Shown in pieces: positions 11,762 to 23,632 of a stretch of 64,000 nt of DNA. The stretch lies in the NCBI RefSeq assembly GCF_009914755.1, contig NC_060942.1. One strand, given 5' to 3'. This stretch comes from the human T2T-CHM13v2.0 reference genome, Homo sapiens. The position numbers and the translations under genes are program-made. A model generated the notes under the pieces. The model was given only the letters and a program-made list of their open reading frames with translations. It was not told the origin of the DNA and did not search any database. Each line of letters begins with the position of its first letter. The stretch's first letter is position 1.

Positions 11762-13796
11762 CATTCTCAGAAACTTGTTTGTGATGTGTGCCCTCTACTG
11801 ACAGAGTTGAACCTTTCTTTTCATAGAGCAGTTTTGAAACACTCTTTTTGTAGAATCTGCAAGAGGATATTTGCATAGCTTTGAGGATTTCGTGGGAAAC
11901 GGGATTGTCTTCAGGTAAAATCTAGACAGAAGCATTCTCAGAAACTTCTTTGGGATGTTTGCATTCAAGTCACAGAGTAGAACATTCCCTTTGGTAGAGC
12001 AGGTTTGAAACACTCTTTTTGTAGTATCTGGAAGTGGACATTTGGAGCGCTTTCAGGCCTATGTTGGAAAGGGAAATATCTTCCCGTAACAACTAGGCAG
12101 AAGCATTCTCAGAAACTTATTTGAGATGTGTGTACTCAACTAAGAGAATTGAACCACCGTTTTGAAGGAGCAGTTTTGAAACACTCTTTTTCTGGAATCT
12201 GCAAGAGGATATTTGCCTAGCCTTGAGGATTTCGTTGGAAACGGGATTGTCTTCAGATCAAATCTAGACAGAAGCATTCTCAGAAACTTCTTTGGGATGT
12301 TTGCATTCAAGTCACAGAGTAGAACATTCCCTTTGGTAGAGCAGGTTTGAAACACTCTTTTTTTAGTATATGGAAGTGGACATTTGGAGCGCTTTCAGGC
12401 CTACGTTGGAAAAGGAAATATCTTCCCATAACAACTAGACAGAAGCATTCTCAGAAACTAGTTTCTGATGTGTGTCCTCAACTAACACAGTTGAACATTT
12501 CTTTAGACAGAACAGTTTTGAAACTCTCTTTTTGTGGAATCTGCAAGTGGCTATTTGGCTAGATTTGAGGATTTCGTTGGAAACGGGATTACATATAAAA
12601 AGCAGACAGCAGCATTCTCAGAAAGTTCTTTGTGATGATTGCATTCAAGTCACAGAATTGAACATTCCCTTTCACAGAGCAGGTTTGAAACACTCTTTTT
12701 ATAGTGTGTGTAAGTGGACATTTGGAGCACTTTCCGGCCTAAGGTGAAAAAGGAAATATCTTCCCATAAAAACTAGACAGAAGCATTCTCAGAAACTTAC
12801 TCGTGATGTGTGTCCTCAACTAAAGGAGTAGAACCTTTCTTTTCATAGAGAAGTTTTGAAACGCTCTTTTTGTGGAATCTGCAAGTGGATATTTGGCTAG
12901 TTTGGAGGATTTCGTTGGAAGCGGGAATTCATACAAATTGCAGACTGCAGCGTTCTGAGAAACATCTTTGTGATGTTTGTATTCAGGACACAGAGTTGAA
13001 CATTCCCTATCATAGAGCAGGTTGGAATCACTCCTTTTGTAGTATCTGGAAGTGGACATTTGGAGTGCTTTCAGGCCTATGTTGGAAAAGGAAATATCTT
13101 CCCATAACAACTAGACAGAAGCATTCTCAGAAACTTATTTGAGATGTGTGTACTCAACTAAGAGAATTGAACCACCGTTTTGAAGGAGCAGTTTTGAAAC
13201 ACTCTTTTTCTGGAATCTGCAAGTGGATATTTGGCTAGCTTTGGGGATTTCGCTGGAGGCGGGAATACAAATAAAAAGCACACAGCAGCGTTCTGAGAAA
13301 CTGCTTTCTGATGTTTGCATTCAAGTCAAAAGTTGAACACTCCCTTTCATAGAGCAGTCCTGAAACACTCCTTTTGTAGTATCTGGAACTGGACTTTTGG
13401 AGCGCTTTCAGGGCTAAGGTGAAAAAGGAAATATCTTCCCATAAAAACTGGACAGAAGCATTCTCAGAAACTTTTTTATGCTGTATCTACTCAACTAACA
13501 AAGTTGAACCTTTCTTTTGATAGAGCAGTTTTGAAATGCTCTTTTTGTGGAATCTGCAAGTGGATATTTGGCTAGTTTTGAGGATTTCGTTGGAAGCGGG
13601 AATTCATACAAATTGCAGACTGCAGCGTTCTGAGAAACATCTTTGTGATGTTTGTATTCAGGACAGAGAGTTGAACATTCCCTATCATAGAGCAGGTTGG
13701 AATCACTCCTTTTGTAGTATCTGGAAGTGGACATTTGGAGCGCTTTCTGGCCTATGTTGAAAAAGGAAATATCTTCCCATAACAACTAGACACAAG

Positions 13797-16506
13797 CATT
13801 CTCAGAAACTTGTTTGTGATGTGTGCCCTCTACTGACAGAGTTGAACCTTTCTTTTCATAGAGCAGTTTTGAAACACTCTTTTTGTAGAATCTGCAAGAG
13901 GATATTTGCATAGCTTTGAGGATTTCGTGGGAAACGGGATTGTCTTCAGGTAAAATCTAGACAGAAGCATTCTCAGAAACTTCTTTGGGATGTTTGCATT
14001 CAAGTCACAGAGTAGAACATTCCCTTTGGTAGAGCAGGTTTGAAACACTCTTTTTGTAGTATCTGGAAGTGGACATTTGGAGCGCTTTCAGGCCTATGTT
14101 GGAAAGGGAAATATCTTCCGGTAACAACTAGGCAGAAGCATTCTCAGAAACTTATTTGAGATGTGTGTACTCAACTAAGAGAATTGAACCACCGTTTTGA
14201 AGGAGCAGTTTTGAAACACTCTTTTTCTGGAATCTGCAAGAGGATATTTGCCTAGCTTTGAGGATTTCGTTGGAAACGGGATTGTGTTCAGATCAAATCT
14301 AGACAGAAGCATTCTCAGAAACTTCTTTGGGATGTTTGCATTCAAGTCACAGAGTAGAACATTCCCTTTGGTAGAGCAGGTGTGAAACACTCTTTTTTTA
14401 GTATATGGAAGTGGACATTTGGAGCGCTTTCAGGCCTACGTTGGAAAAGGAAATATCTTCCCATAACAACTAGACAGAAGCATTCTCAGAAACTAGTTTC
14501 TGATGTGTGTCCTCAACTAACACAGTTGAACATTTCTTTAGACAGAACAGTTTTGAAACTCTCTTTTTGTGGAATCTGCAAGTGGCTATTTGGCTAGATT
14601 TGAGGATTTCGTTGGAAACGGGATTACATATAAAAAGCAGACAGCAGCATTCTCAGAAAGTTCTTTGTGATGATTGCATTCAAGTCACAGAATTGAACAT
14701 TCCCTTTCACAGAGCAGGTTTGAAACACTCTTTTTGTAGTGTGTGTAAGTGGACATTTGGAGCACTTTCCGGCCTAAGGTGAGAAAGGAAATATCTTCCC
14801 ATAAAAACTAGACAGAAGCATTCTCAGAAACTTACTCGTGATGTGTGTCCTCAACTAAAGGAGTAGAACCTTTCTTTCATAGAGAAGTTTTGAAACGCTC
14901 TTTTTGTGGAATCTGCAAGTGGATATTTGGCTAGTTTGGAGGATTTCGTTGGAAGCGGGAATTCATACAAATTGCAGACTGCAGCGTTCTGAGAAACATC
15001 TTTGTGATGTTTGTATTCAGGACACAGAGTTGAACATTCCCTATCATAGAGCAGGTTGGAATCACTCCTTTTGTATTATCTGGAAGTGGACATTTGGAGC
15101 GCTTTCAGGCCTACGTTGGAAAAGGAAATATCTTCCCATAACAACTAGACAGAAGCATTCTCAGAAACTAGTTTCTGATGTGTGTCCTCAACTAACACAG
15201 TTGAACATTTCTTTAGACAGAACAGTTTTGAAACACTCTTTTTGTGGAATCTGCAAGTGGCTATTTGGCTAGATTTGAGGATTTCGTTGGAAACGGGATT
15301 ACATATAAAAAGCAGACAGCAGCATTCTCAGAAAGTTCTTTGTGATGATTGCATTCAAGTCACAGAATTGAACATTCCCTTTCACAGAGCAGGTTTGAAA
15401 CACTCTTTTTGTAGTGTGTGTAAGTGGACATTTGGAGCACTTTCCGGCCTAAGGTGAAAAAGGAAATATCTTCCCATAAAAACTAGACAGAAGCACTCTC
15501 AGAAACTTACTCGTGATGTGTGTCCTCAACTAAAGGAGTAGAACCTTTCTTTTCATAGAGAAGTTTTGAAACGCTCTTTTTGTGGAATCTGCAAGTGGAT
15601 ATTTGGCTAGTTTGGAGGATTTCGTTGGAAGCGGGAATTCATACAAATTGCAGACTGCAGCGTTCTGAGAAACATCTTTGTGATGTTTGTATTCAGGACA
15701 CAGAGTTGAACATTCCCTATCATAGAGCAGGTTTGAATCACTCCTTTTGTAGTATCTGGAAGTGGACATTTGGAGCGCTTTCAGGCCTATGTTGGAAAAG
15801 GAAATATCTTCCCATAACAACTAGACAGAAGCATTCTCAGAAACTTATTTGAGATGTGTGTACTCAACTAAGAGAATTGAACCACCGTTTTGAAGGAGCA
15901 GTTTTGAAACACTCTTTTTCTGGAATCTGCAAGTGGATATTTGGCTAGCTTTGGGGATTTCGCTGGAAGCGGGAATACATATAAAAAGCACACAGCAGCG
16001 TTCTGAGAAACTGCTTTCTGATGTTTGCATTCAAGTCAAAAGTTGAACACTCCCTTTCATAGTGCAGTCCTGAAACACTCCTTTTGTAGTATCTGGAACT
16101 GGACTTTTGGAGCGCTTTCAGGGCTAAGGTGAAAAAGGAAATATCTTCCCATAAAAACTGGACAGAAGCATTCTCAGAAACTTGTTTATGCTGTATCTAC
16201 TCAACTAACAAAGTTGAACCTTTCTTTTGATAGAGCAGTTTTGAAATGCTCTTTTTGTGGAATCTGCAAGTGGATATTTGGCTAGTTTTGAGGATTTCGT
16301 TGGAAGCGGGAATTCATACAAATTGCAGACTGCAGCGTTCTGAGAAACATCTTTGTGATGTTTGTATTCAGGACAGAGAGTTGAACATTCCCTATCATAG
16401 AGCAGGTTGGAATCACTCCTTTTGTAGTATCTGGAAGTGGACATTTGGAGCGCTTTCAGGCCTATGTTGAAAAAGGAAATATCTTCCCATAACAACTAGA
16501 CACAAG
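13797..16506 (+). repeat. 16-mer HOR variant type A
   Basis: 2710 bp. M5 at 14481 and 15156; same M8/4 junction. Confidence 0.93.
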
Positions 16507-19500
16507 CATTCTCAGAAACTTGTTTGTGATGTGTGCCCTCTACTGACAGAGTTGAACCTTTCTTTTCATAGAGCAGTTTTGAAACACTCTTTTTGTAGAA
16601 TCTGCAAGAGGATATTTGCATAGCTTTGAGGATTTCGTGGGAAACGGGATTGTCTTCAGGTAAAATCTAGACAGAAGCATTCTCAGAAACTTCTTTGGGA
16701 TGTTTGCATTCAAGTCACAGAGTAGAACATTCCCTTTGGTAGAGCAGGTTTGAAACACTCTTTTTGTAGTATCTGGAAGTGGACATTTGGAGCGCTTTCA
16801 GGCCTATGTTGGAAAGGGAAATATCTTCCCGTAACAACTAGGCAGAAGCATTCTCAGAAACTTATTTGAGATGTGTGTACTCAACTAAGAGAATTGAACC
16901 ACCGTTTTGAAGGAGCAGTTTTGAAACACTCTTTTTCTGGAATCTGCAAGAGGATATTTGCCTAGCCTTGAGGATTTCGTTGGAAACGGGATTGTCTTCA
17001 GATCAAATCTAGACAGAAGCATTCTCAGAAACTTCTTTGGGATGTTTGCATTCAAGTCACAGAGTAGAACATTCCCTTTGGTAGAGCAGGTTTGAAACAC
17101 TCTTTTTTTAGTATATGGAAGTGGACATTTGGAGCGCTTTCAGGCCTACGTTGGAAAAGGAAATATCTTCCCATAACAACTAGACAGAAGCATTCTCAGA
17201 AACTAGTTTCTGATGTGTGTCCTCAACTAACACAGTTGAACATTTCTTTAGACAGAACAGTTTTGAAACTCTCTTTTTGTGGAATCTGCAAGTGGCTATT
17301 TGGCTAGATTTGAGGATTTCGTTGGAAACGGGATTACATATAAAAAGCAGACAGCAGCATTCTCAGAAAGTTCTTTGTGATGATTGCATTCAAGTCACAG
17401 AATTGAACATTCCCTTTCACAGAGCAGGTTTGAAACACTCTTTTTGTAGTGTTTGTAAGTGGACATTTGGAGCACTTTCCGGCCTAAGGTGAAAAAGGAA
17501 ATATCTTCCCATAAAAACTAGACAGAAGCATTCTCAGAAACTTACTCGTGATGTGTGTCCTCAACTAAAGGAGTAGAACCTTTCTTTTCATAGAGAAGTT
17601 TTGAAACGCTCTTTTTGTGGAATCTGCAAGTGGATATTTGGCTAGTTTGGAGGATTTCGTTGGAAGCGGGAATTCATACAAATTGCAGACTGCAGCGTTC
17701 TGAGAAACATCTTTGTGATGTTTGTATTCAGGACACAGAGTTGAACATTCCCTATCATAGAGCAGGTTTGAATCACTCCTTTTGTAGTATCTGGAAGTGG
17801 ACATTTGGAGCGCTTTCAGGCCTATGTTGGAAAAGGAAATATCTTCCCATAACAACTAGACAGAAGCATTCTCAGAAACTTATTTGAGATGTGTGTACTC
17901 AACTAAGAGAATTGAACCACCGTTTTGAAGGAGCAGTTTTGAAACACTCTTTTTCTGGAATCTGCAAGTGGATATTTGGCTAGCTTTGGGGATTTCGCTG
18001 GAAGCGGGAATACATATAAAAAGCACACAGCAGCGTTCTGAGAAACTGCTTTCTGATGTTTGCATTCAAGTCAAAAGTTGAACACTCCCTTTCATAGAGC
18101 AGTCCTGAAACACTCCTTTTGTAGTATCTGGAACTGGACTTTTGGAGCGCTTTCAGGGCTAAGGTGAAAAAGGAAATATCTTCCCATAAAAACTGGACAG
18201 AAGCATTCTCAGAAACTTGTTTATGCTGTATCTACTCAACTAACAAAGTTGAACCTTTCTTTTGATAGAGCAGTTTTGAAATGCTCTTTTTGTGGAATCT
18301 GCAAGTGGATATTTGGCTAGTTTTGAGGATTTCGTTGGAAGCGGGAATTCATACAAATTGCAGACTGCAGCGTTCTGAGAAACATCTTTGTGACGTTTGT
18401 ATTCAGGACAGAGAGTTGAACATTCCCTATCATAGAGCAGGTTGGAATCACTCCTTTTGTAGTATCTGGAAGTGGACATTTGGAGCGCTTTCTGGCCTAT
18501 GTTGAAAAAGGAAATATCTTCCCATAACAACTAGACACAAGCATTCTCAGAAACTTGTTTGTGATGTGTGCCCTCTACTGACAGAGTTGAACCTTTCTTT
18601 TCATAGAGCAGTTTTGAAACACTCTTTTTGTAGAATCTGCAAGAGGATATTTGCATAGCTTTGAGGATTTCGTGGGAAACGGGATTGTCTTCAGGTAAAA
18701 TCTAGACAGAAGCATTCTCAGAAACTTCTTTGGGATGTTTGCATTCAAGTCACAGAGTAGAACATTCCCTTTGGTAGAGCAGGTTTGAAACACTCTTTTT
18801 ATAGTATCTGGAAGTGGACATTTGGAGCGCTTTCAGGCCTATGTTGGAAAGGGAAATATCTTCCCGTAACAACTAGGCAGAAGCATTCTCAGAAACTTAT
18901 TTGAGATGTGTGTACTCAACTAAGAGAATTGAACCACCGTTTTGAAGGAGCAGTTTTGAAACACTCTTTTTCTGGAATCTGCAAGAGGATATTTGCCTAG
19001 CTTTGAGGATTTCGTTGGAAACGGGATTGTCTTCAGATCAAATCTAGACAGAAGCATTCTCAGAAACTTCTTTGGGATGTTTGCATTCAAGTCACAGAGT
19101 AGAACATTCCCTTTGGTAGAGCAGGTTTGAAACACTCTTTTTTTAGTATATGGAAGTGGACATTTGGAGCGCTTTCAGGCCTACGTTGGAAAAGGAAATA
19201 TCTTCCCATAACAATTAGACAGAAGCATTCTCAGAAACTAGTTTCTGATGTGTGTCCTCAACTAACACAGTTGAACATTTCTTTAGACAGAACAGTTTTG
19301 AAACTCTCTTTTTGTGGAATCTGCAAGTGGCTATTTGGCTAGATTTGAGGATTTCGTTGGAAACGGGATTACATATAAAAAGCAGACAGCAGCATTCTCA
19401 GAACGTTCTTTGTGATGATTGCATTCAAGTCACAGAATTGAACATTCCCTTTCACAGAGCAGGTTTGAAACACTCTTTTTGTAGTGTGTGTAAGTGGACA

Positions 19501-22500
19501 TTTGGAGCACTTTCCGGCCTAAGGTGAAAAAGGAAATATCTTCCCATAAAAACTAGACAGAAGCATTCTCAGAAACTTACTCCTGATGTGTGTCCTCAAC
19601 TAAAGGAGTAGAACCTTTCTTTTCATAGAGAAGTTTTGAAACGCTCTTTTTGTGGAATCTGCAAGTGGATATTTGGCTAGTTTGGAGGATTTCGTTGGAA
19701 GCGGGAATTCATACAAATTGCAGACTGCAGCTTTCTGAGAAACATCTTTGTGATGTTTGTATTCAGGACACAGAGTTGAACATTCCCTATCATAGAGCAG
19801 GTTTGAATCACTCCTTTTGTAGTATCTGGAAGTGGACATTTGGAGCGCTTTCAAGCCTATGTTGGAAAAGGAAATATCTTCCCATAACAACTAGACAGAA
19901 GCATTCTCAGAAACTTATTTGAGATGTGTGTACTCAACTAAGAGAATTGAACCACCGTTTTGAAGGAGCAGTTTTGAAACACTCTTTTTCTGGAATCTGC
20001 AAGTGGATATTTGGCTAGCTTTGGGGATTTCGCTGGAAGCGGGAATACATATAAAAAGCCCACAGCAGCGTTCTGAGAAACTGCTTTCTGATGTTTGCAT
20101 TCAAGTCAAAAGTTGAACACTCCCTTTCATAGTGCAGTCCTGAAACACTCCTTTTGTAGTATCTGGAACTGGACTTTTGGAGCGCTTTCAGGGCTAAGGT
20201 GAAAAAGGAAATATCTTCCCATAAAAACTGGACAGAAGCATTCTCAGAAACTTGTTTATGCTGTATCTACTCAACTAACAAAGTTGAACCTTTCTTTTGA
20301 TAGAGCAGTTTTGAAATGCTCTTTTTGTGGAATCTGCAAGTGGATATTTGGCTAGTTTTGAGGATTTCGTTGGAAGCGGGAATTCATACAAATTGCAGAC
20401 TGCAGCGTTCTGAGAAACATCTTTGTGATGTTTGTATTCAGGACAGAGAGTTGAACATTCCCTATCATAGAGCAGGTTGGAATCACTCCTTTTGTAGTAT
20501 CTGGAAGTGGACATTTGGAGCGCTTTCAGGCCTATGTTGAAAAAGGAAATATCTTCCCATAACAACTAGACACAAGCATTCTCAGAAACTTGTTTGTGAT
20601 GTGTGCCCTCTACTGACAGAGTTGAACCTTTCTTTTCATAGAGCAGTTTTGAAACACTCTTTTTGTAGAATCTGCAAGAGGATATTTGCATAGCTTTGAG
20701 GATTTCGTGGGAAACGGGATTGTCTTCAGGTAAAATCTAGACAGAAGCATTCTCAGAAACTTCTTTGGGATGTTTGCATTCAAGTCACAGAGTAGAACAT
20801 TCCCTTTGGTAGAGCAGGTTTGAAACACTCTTTTTGTAGTATCTGGAAGTGGACATTTGGAGCGCTTTCAGGCCTATGTTGGAAAGGGAAATATCTTCCC
20901 GTAACAACTAGGCAGAAGCATTCTCAGAAACTTATTTGAGATGTGTGTACTCAACTAAGAGAATTGAACCACCATTTTGAAGGAGCAGTTTTGAAACACT
21001 CTTTTTCTGGAATCTGCAAGAGGATATTTGCCTAGCCTTGAGGATTTCGTTGGAAACGGGATTGTCTTCAGATCAAATCTAGACAGAAGCATTCTCAGAA
21101 ACTTCTTTGGGATGTTTGCATTCAAGTCACAGAGTAGAACATTCCCTTTGGTAGAGCAGGTTTGAAACACTCTTTTTTTAGTATATGGAAGTGGACATTT
21201 GGAGCGCTTTCAGGCCTACGTTGGAAAACGAAATATCTTCCCATAACAACTAGACAGAAGCATTCTCAGAAACTAGTTTCTGATGTGTGTCCTCAACTAA
21301 CACAGTTGAACATTTCTTTAGACAGAACAGTTTTGAAACTCTCTTTTTGTGGAATCTGCAAGTGGCTATTTGGCTAGATTTGAGGATTTCGTTGGAAACG
21401 GGATTACATATAAAAAGCAGACAGCAGCATTCTCAGAAAGTTCTTTGTGATGATTGCATTCAAGTCACAGAATTGAACATTCCCTTTCACAGAGCAGGTT
21501 TGAAACACTCTTTTTGTAGTGTGTGTAAGTGGACATTTGGAGCACTTTCCGGCCTAAGGTGAAAAAGGAAATATCTTCCCATAAAAACTAGACAGAAGCA
21601 TTCTCAGAAACTTACTCGTGATGTGTGTCCTCAACTAAAGGAGTAGAACCTTTGTTTTCATAGAGAAGTTTTGAAACGCTCTTTTTGTGGAATCTGCAAG
21701 TGGATATTTGGCTAGTTTTGAGGATTTCGTTGGAAGCGGGAATTCATACAAATTGCAGACTGCAGCGTTCTGAGAAACATCTTTGTGATGTTTGTATTCA
21801 GGACACAGAGTTGAACATTCCCTATCATAGAGCAGGTTGGAATCACTCCTTTTGTAGTATCTGGAAGTGGACATTTGGAGCGCTTTCAGGCCTATGTTGG
21901 AAAAGGAAATATCTTCCCATAACAACTAGACAGAAGCATTCTCAGAAACTTATTTGAGATGTGTGTACTCAACTAAGAGAATTGAACCACCGTTTTGAAG
22001 GAGCAGTTTTGAAACACTCTTTTTCTGGAATCTGCAAGTGGATATTTGGCTAGCTTTGGGGATTTCGCTGGAAGCGGGAATACATATAAAAAGCACACAG
22101 CAGCGTTCTGAGAAACTGCTTTCTGATGTTTGCATTCAAGTCAAAAGTTGAACACTCCCTTTCATAGAGCAGTCCTGAAACACTCCTTTTGTAGTATCTG
22201 GAACTGGACTTTTGGAGCGCTTTCAGGGCTAAGGTGAAAAAGGAAATATCTTCCCATAAAAACTGGACAGAAGCATTCTCAGAAACTTGTTTATGCTGTA
22301 TCAACTCAACTAACAAAGTTGAACCTTTCTTTTGATAGAGCAGTTTTGAAATGCTCTTTTTGCGGAATCTGCAAGTGGATATTTGGCTAGTTTTGAGGAT
22401 TTCGTTGGAAGCGGGAATTCATACAAATTGCAGACTGCAGCGTTCTGAGAAACATCTTTGTGATGTTTGTATTCAGGACAGAGAGTTGAACATTCCCTAT

Positions 22501-22611
22501 CATAGAGCAGGTTGGAATCACTCCTTTTGTAGTATCTGGAAGTGGACATTTGGAGCGCTTTCAGGCCTATGTTGAAAAAGGAAATATCTTCCCATAACAA
22601 CTAGACACAAG

Positions 22612-23632
22612 CATTCTCAGAAACTTGTTTGTGATGTGTGCCCTCTACTGACAGAGTTGAACCTTTCTTTTCATAGAGCAGTTTTGAAACACTCTTTTTG
22701 TAGAATCTGCAAGAGGATATTTGCATAGCTTTGAGGATTACGTGGGAAACGGGATAGTCTTCAGGTAAAATCTAGACAGAAGCATTCTCAGAAACTTCTT
22801 TGGGATGTTTGCATTCAAGTCACAGAGTAGAACATTCCCTTTGGTAGAGTAGGTTTGAAACACTCTTTTTGTAGTATCTGGAAGTGGACATTTGGAGCGC
22901 TTTCAGGCCTATGTTGGAAAGGGAAATATCTTCCCGTAACAACTAGGCAGAAGCATTCTCAGAAACTTATTTGAGATGTGTGTATTCAACTAAGAGAATT
23001 GAACCACCGTTTTGAAGGAGCAGTTTTGAAACACTCTTTTTCTGGAATCTGAAAGAGGATATTTGCCTAGCCTTGAGGATTTCGTTGGAAACGGGATTGT
23101 CTTCAGATCAAATCTATACAGAAGCATTCTCAGAAACTTCCTTGGGATGTTTGCATTCAAGTCACAGAGTAGAACATTCCCTTTGGTAGAGCAGGTTTGA
23201 AACACTCTTTTTTTAGTATATGGAAGTGGACATTTGGAGCGCATTCAGGCCTACGTTGGAAAAGGAAATATCTTCCCATAACAACTAGACAGAAGCATTC
23301 TCAGAAACTAGTTTCTGATGTGTGTCCTCAACTAACACAGTTGCACATTTCTTTAGACAGAACAGTTTTGAAACACTCTTTTTGTGGAATCTGCAAGTGG
23401 CTATTTGGCTAGATTTGAGGATTTCGTTGGAAACGGGATTACATATAAAAAGCAGTCAGCAGCATTCTCAAAAAGTTCTTTGTGATGATTGCATTCAAGT
23501 CACAGAATTGAACATTCCCTTTCACAGAGCAGGTTTGAAATACTCTTTTTTAGTGTGTGTAATTGGACATTTGGAGCACTTTCCGGCCTAAGGTGAAAAA
23601 GGAAATATCTTCCCATAAAAACTAGACAGAAG
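22612..23632 (+). repeat. 6-mer HOR variant (M1-M6, followed by M7/1 hybrid)
   Basis: 1021 bp period (ORF starts 23197 to 24218). The monomer at 23633 starts as M7 (CTTACTCGTG) and continues as M1 (GTAGAATCTGCAAGAGG). Confidence 0.93.
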
